This document shows, one piece after another, positions 12,347 to 25,578 of a stretch of DNA of 64,000 nucleotides (positions are counted from its first letter, which is position 1; each line of letters begins with the position of its first letter). The notes under the pieces were generated by a model, which did no database searches, was not told where the DNA came from, and saw nothing but the letters and a program-made list of their open reading frames with translations. Source of the stretch: Felis catus. Lineage: Eukaryota. Position numbers and translations under genes: made by a program. The stretch is taken from contig NC_058368.1 in the NCBI RefSeq assembly GCF_018350175.1, forward strand, positions 178,562,001-178,626,000. Direction: 5' to 3'.

Positions 12347-13929
12347 AGTCTGTATTTTCTAATCAGCGGGAGAGAGTCCTCTCAGAGCTCGCTGAACAGT
12401 TCATGATAGAATAACCATTAAGATGAAGAGGGCAGGTTCCATGGGGGTCATGGCCACTATAAAAATCATCATCATGATTTGCTAGTCTGTTACCAGACGC
12501 TGTGCTAGGTGTCATATTTGGATTATCTGGGTTTTACAACAAGCACCTGGGGTCAATATTATTCATTACACCCATTTTACAGATGAGGAAGTAGAGACTC
12601 AGTCAGATTTGGTGATTTGCCCCAAGAGTTTGAATCAATGGGACTGGTGACTGATTAGAGGAAAGTCTGGGGAACAGGAGGGGATCAAAGCCATCAATAG
12701 TTCTAGAAACAGAACCAGGAAAGGTATAAATAAAAAGATCAGGTCTGGAGAGGGAGATGATTTCAGATTTCACATGTCTTGGGGAGAGACACATCCAGCT
12801 GGTAGGTGGAAATGAAAGTGAGGAACTCAGGAGAAAGGGTGGGGATTCTAGAATTCTCATAAATAAATGATTTTGTTGTTGTTGTTGTTGCTCGGGAAAA
12901 AAAATAATAAATGTGTTATCCCAGCAGGCCAAACATATTAGCATTTAAATACAGGCTTACACAGGTGGGTAAAAAGGCAATTTCCCAAGAATTAAATCAG
13001 ATTTTATTTTTCCTCTAACTCTCAGGAAAAAAAAATTCCCTTCTCCTTACGTGGATCCTCAGAGAGGGATTCGCCTTGTTCTAGGGGCATGCCAGCTCCG
13101 TGTTCTCAGTGGACCCTGCTGTAATTATGAGAAAATGATGCCTGAAGGCTGATGGAAATTCATCAGCACTGTTGGCTGGACGGCCTCAGGCTCATTTGCG
13201 TGGAGGGCAGGGCAGCTCGTGTCCGGGTCCGATGTCCTCTGCACTCAGTGTGTCAGCAGATCCACAGGGCCCGCTGTGGGCCAGAGGAGCCACAGTTATC
13301 TACAGAACCGGCGAGAAGGAGGGGTGTGCGGCTGTTGTTGCTTCCAGACAGAAACTGAGAGGAGGCCAATTTGGTCCCCGAAGCCACCCCTTCTCCCTCT
13401 GTGTCCCCAGTGGCTGCCCTATTGCTGCCCATTGGCATGTCCTTCCCATTGCTGTCTTCTGACCCCACAGCACACTACACTCACAACCGGACTCGCTCCT
13501 GGAACACCACGGGGACCCCTTTATTTTGTAATCGTGGAAAGAGAAGAATCAGTTGTAACTGGACACCAAAGGCCACAGGTGTGGGCAGTGTTGGCTCCCG
13601 GCTGACCAACAGAGAGCCCTCGAAGACAGGCCAATTTAAGTCTCAGGGCTGCTTCCCACCCTGCCTCCCAGAGTCACTGAAAGCAGCCCCTCAGAGATTA
13701 AGGCTTGGGGCCCAATTCCTAGATGGGTTCTGGATGCTTCTGTTCTCCTGCTTTCTCATGAACGTATGTATACCTGTCCCGTGTCCCCAGTCAGGGTCCT
13801 GCTCTTTGCAAATAGGCCACGTGGCTTCTCCATCATTCTCCAGCTCAACAAACCATATCATCAGCCTCTGGGACAGCCAGGCAGTCACACGGGGAATCCT
13901 TCTCGACTCTCCCTCATCCTCTTCCTCTC

Positions 13930-14035
13930 TGTATGGGTTCATTGTGGCAGCTGTAACAAGTCATCTCCTCCTAAGAAGCTTAAAACAGCAGGAATTTCAC
14001 CTCTCACAGTTCTGGAGGCCAGAAGTCTGAGATTA
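13930..14035 (-). mobile_element. MLT1 LTR fragment
   Basis: gcagctgtaacaagtcatc...gcttaaaacagcaggaatttcacctctcacagttctggaggccagaagtctgagattaag. Confidence 0.7.
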
Positions 14036-14934
14036 AGTATTGGCTTTGGGGAGAAACTGTCCCTTGGTGGCACTGAGGTGAGGTGTCAATAATAACAAAG
14101 GGGAAATCAGTCATGGTGCCTAGTCCCTTTCGTTTTTGTGATTCTTTCCCCCTCCCCCCAGCAAGTCAGCGTCCTATCTGGCCAGGTCCTCTGCAGAATA
14201 GGGCAGCGGGCCTTAATGTTCACAGCCAGGCCAGAATGACTGGTCCCCTCCACCTTTAAGGCCCCACACCTAGACAGTGGGGAGAATGGTCACATGACCA
14301 CTCACAAGGCCAAACCACAGGCAGCTCCAGGTCAAAGTCAGAACAATCTTTCTAGAATCCATCCAGAGACAGTGATGGAGGGAATTGGAGAGGAAGCACT
14401 TGCCAGTTAAGTAAGAGTCCCTTTAAATATTCATCCTCTTATTGGTAATTACATCAGTGTCCAGAGGGGCTGGCAGAGTCCTGGGTGGCTAATGGACAGG
14501 CAGGAGACAGGGAGGCATTTGCATAGGGCACGTAGTGGGGTGCTGAGGAGGGGCTGTTTCCCATACTCTCGTATGATGCTCACTGCGGATCAGAGATCAC
14601 CGCCCCTTGTCACCGTGCCCAGTGCCTCAGACAGCAAAACCAACTCAACTCTTAGAGGAATTCAAGCCAGTGCCAAGCTGGTGTGTTCTGGAAAGGGCAA
14701 GAGGCATTAGGCTGCTGGAGGTGACTCTAAGCCTCCTTGGGTGGTTTGTATCACTTTTCTCCGTCTAGCCTGTAAGTTTGCTCGTGGTAGAGAAGGCGTC
14801 CGCCACTCCTTTTACAAGTACCCCCAGCCACCGCTGTCCTCAAGTGATCTCCCTGATGCAGAGTCAAGACCCCTTACTTTTGCACCACCTTCATGCTCTT
14901 ATAAGCAAAAGAAAGGCGGGCAGACCCCTGTGTC

Positions 14935-15272
14935 TATTTAAGCCTCAGTTTCTTGTCTGTGATATGGTTGTAAAATAGCTTCCAGGTTGGGTGTATCCAG
15001 ATGAGGATTAACGAAATAATACATGAGAATTACATTTCTAAATTGCAAATTGTACATAAGCATTAAATGGCATAGTGCTTAAGAGACAGTGCCCAGCTCC
15101 TACACCTCCAACTTATGTGACTTTAGACAAAGGAAATCATTTAAGTCTCAACTTCCCCATCTATAAAATGAGGGTAATAACTACTGACATCAAATGATTA
15201 TTGTATCCAGTGAAAAATGCGTGTAGTATCTGGCACATAGTAAGTGCTCAAATAATGGCAGCTATTATTATC
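14935..15272 (+). mobile_element. Two adjacent MIR fragments
   Basis: agcctcagtttcttgtctgt; tctcaacttccccatctataaaatgagggtaataa...tggcacatagtaagtgctcaaataatggcagctattatt. Similar MIR cores also near 1300, 1590, 2450, 4810, 10740, 12580, 18160, 19430, 24500, 33310, 37420, 42820 and 45920. Confidence 0.7.
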
Positions 15273-18200
15273 TGCAGTCACTGTTGCTATTGTTGTAATG
15301 CTAACTAGACAGCACACTATACAGGTGAAGAATCTGAGACCCATAACTGGCCTGTCTGGAGTGTTCTGATCCCACATGGAATTATCTGAAATCTCGAATT
15401 ACTGGGAGTCTTACCTCCTTACTACTCACAGCTCTTGTCTGCCTCCTTACCACTCACAGCTCTTGTCTCTCTCTCTCTGGCCAGGAGTCTGAAAGCTAGG
15501 TGTCCTTGGGTTTCAGAGGTTCCAGAGCAAAAGCACAAAGGACTGGATGTAAGGTGAGTTTCCTGGGCTCCCTTCCTTACGTGGCTTCAACTTAGCTTGG
15601 AAAGGGTGTGGGTCCTGCGTCCCTAACAGTGAACTCTGTCCTCACAGGACATACCTTTAATAAGATGCTGCCATGTAGATGGAAAAATGCTTGAGTTTGA
15701 TTCTCCAACTTCCAGATGGGGAGCAGAGACCCCTCGAAAGTAACTGTGCAGTGGAACAAGGAGAGGCATTGGAGCCCCTCTCTGGGCCCTTCCACATCTC
15801 CCCCTGCTCTAGTGTCCCTTCAGCCTTCACTCTCTTCTATCTCTGGTCCACATGAATGGGGAGCCCGGAGAGAAATAAAAATGTAGTGAAGAGAAAGACG
15901 TTATTATCCCATTGGCTGTCACCTAAATTCCTTTCAGGGAAGGACTTGTCTTTGTTGGGGTCTCGGTCCTGAATGTTGCCTTGATAAACACAAGTTGACA
16001 GAAGACACGGAAAGAAATATTTAAACTTCTCTGTTATAGGAACAAGCAGGAATTGGGATGGGAGAGAACTGATGAGGACTTAGGAACGAGGAGAGGGAGG
16101 TTGACCTGAAGGTACCAGAAGTAGCCAGAGGATGTCTCGGAGGATGCACATCTGACACAGACAGTCATCTGTGTGGTAAACTTCCTCTGTCTCTTATGAA
16201 GATGGCTACACACAAGGGATGTCAGATTTTTTTTTTTTTTAATGAAAATTAGGACAAGGGGCCATATTACAAATTCAGATAGATTTGATGTACAGCAGGT
16301 CCAGGGTACATAGGAAACCAAGTGGGTCCCTAAACTGGCTTAATTCAGTGGAAGCAGGTGCTCAGAGGTCCAGATGACTGGGAAAAGCTCTACCCTACCC
16401 ATAACCCCCCACCTCTGCATAATAGCAGAGAGGTTCAGAGGGGAAGGGGTCTACTACTTGGTGGGGGGACATTCAGGTAAAAGCCATTTGAGTCTTAAAG
16501 GATAAGGCATCTGAGCTGACTTCTCTGTTTCAGACATAATAGAAATATCAACAACAGCTTGTGTATGATACTTCCCAGAGTGCTTTCCCATATTTTGTCC
16601 GTTTTAACCTCAGTTGTTTCAATTTTTAGACAAGGAGACTGCAGCCCTGAGAGGTCATGTGACTTGTTCCCAGGTACACTGGCCAGGGTCTGCTCCTCAC
16701 TGCTGTTGGGACCTTTGCTGACTCAGCAGAGCCTAGGCATCTGGTTGCAATAGTTTGCTAATCATTAGGATGCTAAGTGGCTCCAAAAATACTGGGTGGT
16801 GTTTCCAGGAGGCAAAGCTGAGCCTGGAAATGGGAGTCAGGACCAATCTTTGTCATGATCTACACACCCCTGCCCCTAGCCCAGGGGTGGTGGTGGTGGG
16901 CAGGCTGGGGTCCAGGGCAAGCCCAACAGGCCCAGAAGAAAAAGAAGTATGTGCCTGGTGTGGCAAAAAGGAAGGTGAGGAGGCCACCTCCAGTGGAGGC
17001 CTGGGGGTTGAGCTACATGGGGCTAGACCCAGGGATGTGTACGTGCACAGCTGGGGAAGTTCAGGTTAGAGGCAAGTACCACAAAAGAGTGAGCATTCCA
17101 GACAGCTCTGCTGCGGAGTTGTTGCTGTCCTTGGTAGCCACAGGAGGTGCCATTTTTGACCAGGATTCACTCAACCCCATCATCTTCTTGATGGGAAGGA
17201 AGTTCTTTCGAGGTTGCTTTGTGCCTAAGATGCTGGTGTTTTCTGCACTGCTCCACCGCCTCACTAGAGGGAGCCCAAGTTCCCGGTCCCCACCTGCCAC
17301 CCACTTGCCAGGTGTAGCCTCCCTGCTACCCCAGAGAGGATGTGGGTCTGGGCAGCCCTCTGTCCTAGCACTGGGGAGGTCTCAGCCAACTCTAGAAAAT
17401 ATTTTCAGGAATCACAGGCAGCAAAGGCTAGATTTGACCACAAAATGAACGGTGTTTCTCCTCACAGTTTGCAAGAACTTAGGACACCCATACTGAACCT
17501 TCTGGTCTCTGTTCTACCCTAAGCCTGTTCCCCCACCTCCGGATCAGAGGTCTTCTTAGCAAGTCCCACCAAGCACAGAGTCCCAGAAACCCTGACACAG
17601 GATGGGGGATGGGAGAGGCTCCAGCTGTGTGCTTGCAACAATAAGACCTATCACCTGTCAAGGAAGCAATTTGATGGTCAGACCCATGGGCTCTGGAGTC
17701 AGATGGTTTCATTTCCAAATTTCCCCCAATTAGATTTGATTGCCAAGAGACTAGGAACATTGTCTATCTCGTGTACCACAAAATCCCCGATGCCTGGAAT
17801 AGAGTCTGGCACACAGAAAGCAGTCGATATTTTATGAATAAACCAGTGGCTGTGACCTTCCTGCTTCTTTAACCTTGCACCAGCTACCTCATCTCTTTGA
17901 GCCTCAGTTTCCCCTTCTGTAAAGCGGGACAAAAGCATACTTACCAGACAGGAGGTGGTGAGGACTCGTGAGTATGCGTGCAGTATCCAGTAAGTCTCTG
18001 ACAATACAAATAGTGGTGACTAGCAGTTCATGTGGGCCGGCCACACTCTCTGAGGTCCTGTGTGGCGTTCATGTGTGTACACGTGCTTGTGTGTATGCAC
18101 ATAATCCCATGTTGTCCTCCCAGGAGGACGGTTCTATTATGATCTTACTTTTACAGTTGAGGAAGCTGAGGCACAGAGAGGGGCTGCCTGTGTCCAAAGT

Positions 18201-18554
18201 TGTTCTGCTTGGTAAGTGGTGGCAGAGCGGATTTCTAAGCCGAGTGAGTCTGACTCCACAGCTTTGCTCTCAGGCTTAGAAATTGCTTGCTTAGAGTCCT
18301 TCTGGATCTGGTGTTCTGCAAACGACAACGTACTGTTTTGGGTCATTTTGTGCAGAGGACAAGGCAAGTCTCCAGCCATCCTTTTCTGCACCTGACACTT
18401 CTAAAGCCAATGACCACAGGCACCCAAGAGCTGATGACCTGAGTTGCCCAAGGATGTGATGATCAATTGCTAAGTGTCAGACATGGGGCCCCCACTTGCA
18501 TCTTGCTGCTAGGTGGAAATAGGATGGGCTCAGGAGTTTATTGGCTTTCAACCT

Positions 18555-18720
18555 TGGGCCTCCATCAGAATCTCCCAGGCTGCTAGTCAACTGTAGATGC
18601 CAATGCCTATGCCCAGCTGGCAGATGCTGATTGTGTAGGTAGACTTTGGGGCCTAGAATCTTTGACAAGCACCCTGGGTAATTCTGAGCAAGTGTTCTTG
18701 GGAAACACTTTGGGAAATTT
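18555..18720. mobile_element. hAT MITE (MER5-like)
   Basis: catcagaatctcccagg...ggggcctagaatctttgacaagcaccctgggtaattctga...cactttgggaaa. Confidence 0.6.
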
Positions 18721-21700
18721 GAAAAAAGAAAAAAAAGATCTACTAAATGGGTATGTACTCAGGAGGGAAGGAATGAACAGGCTTGTTTTGGCTTTTCAAG
18801 AAAGAGAGAAATGCCAGAGAGATGTTAGTCTATGGGTAGTTCCCCCTGCCCCCGCCACTGCCAGCCCCCATCCCCCCCACCCCCCAGGCACCATTCCCAA
18901 GGCCCACCCTCCAAGGGAAGTGCTGAGTCGCCTCCAAGGCAGCACCCAGCCCTACCAATGGACAGAGAACATTAAGCCCAGATAAAGGGACAGAGTAGGG
19001 AATCTGAGCTCCGCCCTTCGTCCTGTTCTTCCACCTCCCTCTGCTTCCATTGGAAAAAAGAAAATTGCCAAGTAATTGCTCCTCGACAACCCCCGCTGGT
19101 CCTTGGTCTTCTTTCTTGCTGAGATTATAATTAGGGAATCAGTAAATTTAAATAGAAAGTCCATGAGCAGCACAGAACTTTCATTTTTCAAACACTGTTT
19201 CTTGTACCTTGTAAGTGCCACTCGCAGTTGGTTGTGGGCATCAGTGGGGGTGAGGCCCCGGATCAGGTGGGGACAGGAAGCTAGAGAGCCCCTCGGCTCT
19301 TTGCAAAGGCACAGGAGCAGCACCAGCAGCATGGGGAAGAATTTGCTGTGTGTAGGAGGCTCCGCCAAGTGTTTTCCAAGCTTTGTTATATCCATCCTTG
19401 GAGGTATCGCTAATTTTCCCATTTTACAGGTGAAGAAACTAAGGCTTGGAGAGATAATGACTTGCCCAAGGTCACACAACTCTTAAGGGACAGAACAAGG
19501 ACTTGAAGTCCTATGCATCTGAGCCCTTAGCCTATGCATCTACCCTGAAATTTGACTGCTTTTCCAATGGAGTGTTGGCCTAAATTCCAGATTCTAGTAA
19601 ATTTCAATTCCAGATTGCATGGTCCCTCTTTTTCCCCCACCAAAGCCTGGATGCAGCCACAGCCTGGCTTCTCCTTTGTGCCCCTGGGGTCCACAGGTCA
19701 AAGCCAGGCTCCTGGATGGGCTGAGACAGAGGAAAGGAATTTTGTCTGTCTAGTGAGTTGTAGTTTCTCCCTGGACTAGTAACACTTCCTCCCTACCCTG
19801 GGTCCTCGAAACAGCCTCTCTGGGCAGGAGGACCCATCCCACCACCTCCATCTCTATTTTAGATATGAGGGAGTCAGAGACTGCGATGAAGTGACTTTGC
19901 CCAAGATGCCTTAACCATTAGCTACTGGCCGATGGAGTTGGGATTGGGTGCTGCCCGGCCCCTGCCAGGGCCGAGCTGCTTCTCCAGGGCTCTGTAGCTG
20001 CGCAGGCCCTGGGCTCTGGTGGCAGGCAATGGGCCGGTCCAAACAGAAACCCAAACAGGTGACAGGCTAGGGAAGGAAAGGAAGCTCACATTTCCTAGTC
20101 ATGTGCCAGCTGCTAATGGGAAGGGATTAGGGAGCCACCCTATCAACAGTAGCTTTTGGTTGTGACTTTCTGTATGTTGTGTAGAAATTGAGGGTGTTTT
20201 GTGGTCCTCACCTGGAGGGAATGATGTGAGGACCAACTGGGATGATGGATGTACAGCACAGACTCAGGGCAGTGCTGAATACATGGCAGTTGGGTGCAGA
20301 AACCATTAACTGTTTCCTTGTTTACTATTATTAACAATTCTTATAATAAGGCTGTGAGATATTAGTGTCTGCATTTTCCAGATGGGGAAGCCAAGGCTCT
20401 GAAAGATTAGGTGATTTGCTTCAGACACACATCTCATCAACAGCAGATCCTGGGTTCCTACTGGGAGCTGTACGATCCCAGGACCCTGTTCCCCTTCCAT
20501 GACATCATCTCCAGCTTGGGGACAACAGTAGGACAGGGATATGCAGGGGACAAGGGGACGTGAGGCGCCCCAGAAAAATCAACTTATGACTTGGGCCTCC
20601 AGGGCAAGCTCCTGTGTCTTGTCTACTATACTTCTCAACCGCCCTGCACCCCAGAAAAATGTAGGAGGTATAAGTCGTCCTATAGGATAGGAACAAAGGC
20701 CCTGGGGACCTTGCTGATTCTTAACAGACCTTGGTTCCTATGGTACTTTCCTGGGTCACCAGTCACCTGCTGTGGGAGGTTTCTATTTAGTAGTAAATAA
20801 GGACAAATCCCCCTTTATACCCTTTCTGCTCTCTTCAAATCTTCCTTATGATTAAAAAAATATATATTTAAGGACTATGTCACTTTTTCCTTTTACGGTT
20901 TTGATTTTTAGTTTTTCTCTCTCTGTCTCTTTGTATTATACTCTGCCTCCCACTTCCCTGCTTTGCTTCTCTCTGTTTCTTGGCTTGAGAACATTGAGTT
21001 AATTCCCAAAATCAGAAAGAGCATCAGACCACCTCCTTTCTGACACTCCCCTCCCCAGGCCCCACAGCCTCCTGGGCCCAGCACTAGCTCAGCACCTTGG
21101 TGAAGGCAAACCCTTTATGCATGGCTCTAATTTTCCCTGGCCTCAGAAACTCACAGCTAAGCCTCTCTCCTTATATTCCTAAATGTAAATAAACATTGTT
21201 CCCAGCTGGGAAGGGCAGGGTCATAAATTGGCTATGCTTCTGCAAAGCAGGACTTCTTAACCAGAAAAAGGCAGACTCTGGTCTTCCTGCCTGGAGGGGG
21301 CAGAGAGGAGAGAGGCCAGGGGACCCAGAGAATGCGAGGAAAAAAGAAAGAACAAGCTAAGGCAGGGGAGAAGGAGAGAGGGCAATGGAGGGGTGGGGGA
21401 GGCTGCCGAAAGGCCCATGAGAGTCATCCCTATCTCTCTCACATCATAAATAAAGAATTTGAAATTAGGTTTTCCATCTCACTGACAAGGAAACTGAGGC
21501 CGCAGGAGCCTCAGTGTAATACCAGGAGTAGGCACAGTTTTCTCCACAACAGCAGCGGTGCAGCAAGGCAGGGAGAGAGGGAGTTTCAGAGCTCCTGAGG
21601 CCCCAGGAACTGAAAAACCACATTCTGCATCCTCTCTCTTCCAGCGGAACGGAACTGGCTCTTCTAGTCTGAACCTGCTGTTCTGCTGATGTAGCTTTGC

Positions 21701-24700
21701 ATGCCAAATGCATCTGGGGCTTCCGCAGTCTTCCAGAGAAACAGCACATTTCCTAGGGAGCAAACACTGCCGCTTGATTCTTGTTCTTTTCAGTTTTGGG
21801 GTCCACCTAGTGAACAACACCCAAACCCTACTTTGCTAAGAGAGGGCAGGTTGCGAAAGGATGCAGTCATCTTAGCAGGAAACGGCGGCCAGGCAGGATC
21901 TAACTGGGGGCAAGGGTGTTGATGAAGCCTTCAGGAGAGGCCTCACCATATAAGGGACGGAGGGAAACCCCAGGTGAGAGGCTCCAGCCCCCTGTACATT
22001 CCTGTGCTTCTCGAGGCACAGCCTGCAGCATGCTCAAAGCAGTAGCATTGTGAGGCCAGCCGAGGACTCAGGAGCTAATCTGGCGCGCAGCTTGTGACTC
22101 CTGGAGAAAGGCCACATTTTGGCCAAAGAGCATGTCCTGTAGCTGTGGACTGGGTGGTGGTGGGGGGAGAGGCAGGAGAAGAGAGCAGTGCTGTTCTGCC
22201 CTCTGCCGGAGTAAGCACAATCCAATCTCCATTAAGCCCCAGCCCCGGGAGCAGGATCTCACATTTCTTGGGTTTCAGATTGTCTGAAGTGAACCCCACA
22301 CGTTGGGAGTGGAGGAACCTTTGAGACGTTGCCTGGCTGGTAGAACAGAGGCCATCGTGGGTCTTGGCACTGGGCTTGGCGAAGACAATAACCAGAACGC
22401 AGAACGGCCTTGTCCCCTCCCCGGGCTCTCGTGCTGTAAGACGTTTTCTTTTCTGATAGACCTTCACTAACAATATCTGTTGTCATGTTCCCTTTTCTCC
22501 TAAAAGTCACACGTAGCGATCTACCCCATCTCTGGGTTCAGTGAAGTGTCTTCTGTTTCCTGAATGACTCTGAATTTCTCTCCTTCCTGTGGTTTGTCTG
22601 GCCAGTGCCGTTTTGCACTGACCTCTTATCTAGGATGAAAGAATGCCAGGGCGCTCACCCACCTTCGGCCTCAAAAGCCCTCTGTGACCTGAGGCAAGTG
22701 CTGATTTGGGTCACCAGAATGGCCCTGTGGCAGCCTCTGAGTGACCTGGGATGGAAGGGCTGTAGGCAGAGCTGGTCCCCAGGGCAGTGCTCACAATCAG
22801 ATCTATGGTCGTTTTCAAAGTCTGTTGGCTTTGCTTGGTTTATCTCTCTCCTCTCTATCCCTTTCAAGGACGATGGGTAGCCTGCAGGTGGATCACAAGA
22901 ACAGGGGGCCATCATTTTCACCAGAGAAAAGAAAAGAACCAAGGATGCCTGATCCAAATCTTCCTGAAGACTCATCCTCCTCATCTTCAAGGAGTTGTGG
23001 AAACATCCCTCATGGAATCTGGGGGTCCCCTCCCCAGCAGACCCCTTCTCCTCCTACCACCATGATACCTTAGGAAGAGAGGGCCCCTGCCCCTCTTCTT
23101 TGATTAGTCCCAGCTGAGCTGAGGGGAGAGAACTCTGTGGTTACAACAGACCTGACCACGTTCCCTCACGCACTGAGGGTTGGGGAGAGGGCTAGGTGGA
23201 GGGGGGTGGCAGGCCGGGCTAGGAGCATGTCATGGTGTTCTCATTTATTGTCTCCCTGAAGGCAGCAGCTCCTGAAGGAAAGTTTGAAAGCACCAGTAAC
23301 CAGCTATGGTGCCAGATATGCACGGCCTCAGTTTCCATTCCCGTGCCTTCCCTCTGCACTTAAATATGAGCACATACATGCACATACCCCCCTGGCCACC
23401 CATGGTGGAGTTTATATTAGCCTCCTTTCGCCCGCTCTGCCCACCGCCCCCATGCCACACCAGCGGCACCAACCCCAGACCTAAGCCTCATCCTGGGAAC
23501 ACGGACCTTTACTAGGAACAAGGGCATTCTTACCCCTTGAGAGAGATGAGCAAAAGGACCAAGGTGTTTCTAAGTCACGGTGCAGAGGTGGGAATTTCCC
23601 TGTGGGTCAGAACCTCCTCTCCTTCTCAGCAACTCCTTTGGCCCCAAGAGTGAGAGGGCAGTCTTATGCCCCTAAACAAAATGGAATTGCCTGTGACTCA
23701 TACCAGCCCTTGCTGGTTGAGAAACCTACTTCCTGGGGTTGGAGGATGGGGGAGCGGTGAGGAACTGGGACCAGGGTGTGTGTATGTGGGAGGTGGGTGT
23801 GGGTGTGGGTGTGTTCACAGTTGGCCTCCTAGGAAAAAGGTCTGATGAGGCCCAAAGTCTGTCGGGACATTTTTGCGAGAAGAAAACAAGAACTGAATGA
23901 CAACAAAAACGACTTCAGCCTCTTGAAGCCGAATTATCTGCTCCCATTCTGTTGGGAAGGGAAGGCACTTTAGAAGGCAGGTTCCGGGGGCCCTTGGAGG
24001 CTCTGTGGGATGTCATGCAGGGAGCTCCCACGCCCCACCTCCTCCTGGGCTTCCAAAGCCTTGGAGAGGCCACATTGCCTTCCTTCCTCTGCCACTTGTT
24101 TTGACAGGCTGATCTGCTTCGGGAGCAGCGGGGACTGTCATCTGGATCTTGAGGGAACAAGAAGGGAAGCTCTTGTGGTTTTTGCTTGCATTTCTTTTGT
24201 TATTGTCAAAAATTGGAAATATCCATCAACTTGGATATGAACAAAATGGGGAACTGAAACACTCCGTATGATTTTTGCCATTTTCTTACTTTTGTAGAAC
24301 AGGAGTGAAGAACGAAGGTGCTTTCTAACGGTACAACTTTTAGGCAACAAGGTCATTGGTTAAAAGCAAGAAAAGGAGAACAAATGATGTTTGTTAAAAC
24401 CTCTCATTTTACCACAATATCTTATTTAATCTTTCCCCCAGACCCAATGACATAGGTGCTTATATCCCCATGTCGTGGGGGGGCGGGGGGACAGTGAAGC
24501 TGAGAGGTGAAGTGACTTGTCCAAGGTCATACATGTAAAGATAAATGCCAGAGAAAGGATTCAAAATCTGAACCGACTATTGCCAAACTTCTGTGTTTCC
24601 CAAGTTCTCACATCATCCCTGGCTCTCTTCCCCTCATCCCTGCCCCTTGCCTTCTCCTAAGATCCTGAGGAATTGCAAGAGAAACAGTCCTGGAGCGGGA

Positions 24701-24984
24701 GGTAAGGGCTAGCCTTGGACTGTTTCTAGACAAGGCTGCTCTCTGTCTCTCTGTTCTGGTTCTGAGACAGGGCCAAAAGTTTGTCCGACAGCAACCTGAG
24801 TGGAGCGCAGGACAAAGGTGGTCTCACCTGATACCAGGTGGTCAGAGGAGAAGACCAGGTAAAGGTGGCGGTGACGGCTCAATGCAGAGACAAGCCACAG
24901 ACAGACTAAATTCAAAACAATGCACCTGTGCCATGTTTATGTATTCACTTACTCCTTCATTCACTGAGAAGTTACCTATGCCCC

Positions 24985-25460
24985 TAACTCAGAATGAAAT
25001 CCAAACTCCTTTCCATGGCCTGCAAGATGCTACATGATCCTGTCCCTGCGGACCTCTTCAAACTCACCTCCCACCCCTCCAACCTGCCTACTCTGCTCTT
25101 TTCTGTTCCTCAGACACACAAAGCTCACTCCCATATCAAGACTCTCTGCCACTCTTTGCTTGGCTGCTTCTTCACTACCATTTGGGTCTCATTACAAATA
25201 ACACCTTCTTAGAAGGTGACCTGACCATTCCTTATAAAGCAACACCCTCTGTGACACCATTCTGGTTAATTTACTTTCTAGTAAGCCTCACTCACCTATC
25301 TGGCTTATTTGCTTCCCTTATTTCCGTATTCTTTGACCCGTCCCCACTAGAGTGTAGGGCTAGTGAGAGCAGGGCCTTCATCTATCTTATTCTTCTCTAC
25401 ATCCACAGAGCCTAGGAAAAAAGCTGATACCTGGAGGATATTCAGAAATATTTGTTGGAT
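24985..25460 (+). mobile_element. L2 3' end
   Basis: ctcagaatgaaatccaaactcctttccatggcc...ccactagagtgtagggctagtgagagcaggg...aaatatttgttggat, tail running into (GGAT)n. Confidence 0.75.
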
Positions 25461-25578
25461 GGATGGATGGATGGGTGAATTGATGGATAGGTATATGGAT
25501 GGACACAAAGGTTGACAGATGGGTATATGGATGGATGAATAAATGAACTGATGAATAGATAAATGGATTGATAAATGA
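25456..25578. repeat. Degenerate (GGAT/GAAT)n repeat
   Basis: ggatggatggatggatgggtgaattgatggatag... Confidence 0.85.

Noticed and set aside
13148..13167. Hairpin gctgatg-gaaatt-catcagc resembling a small RNA element
   Set aside because: A 7-bp stem is expected by chance in 64 kb; no miRNA or snoRNA context.
13371..14030. 219-aa ORF, the longest in the track
   Set aside because: Non-ATG start, no recognisable domain, and it runs into an MLT1 fragment.
16855..17448. 197-aa ORF
   Set aside because: No recognisable homology or splice structure; compatible with chance in GC-rich DNA.
18952..19486. Overlapping 175-aa and 136-aa ORFs on opposite strands
   Set aside because: Both include MIR sequence; no domain signal.
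21088..21110. REST/NRSE-like ctcagcaccttgg
   Set aside because: Only the left half-site matches; the GGACAG half is missing.
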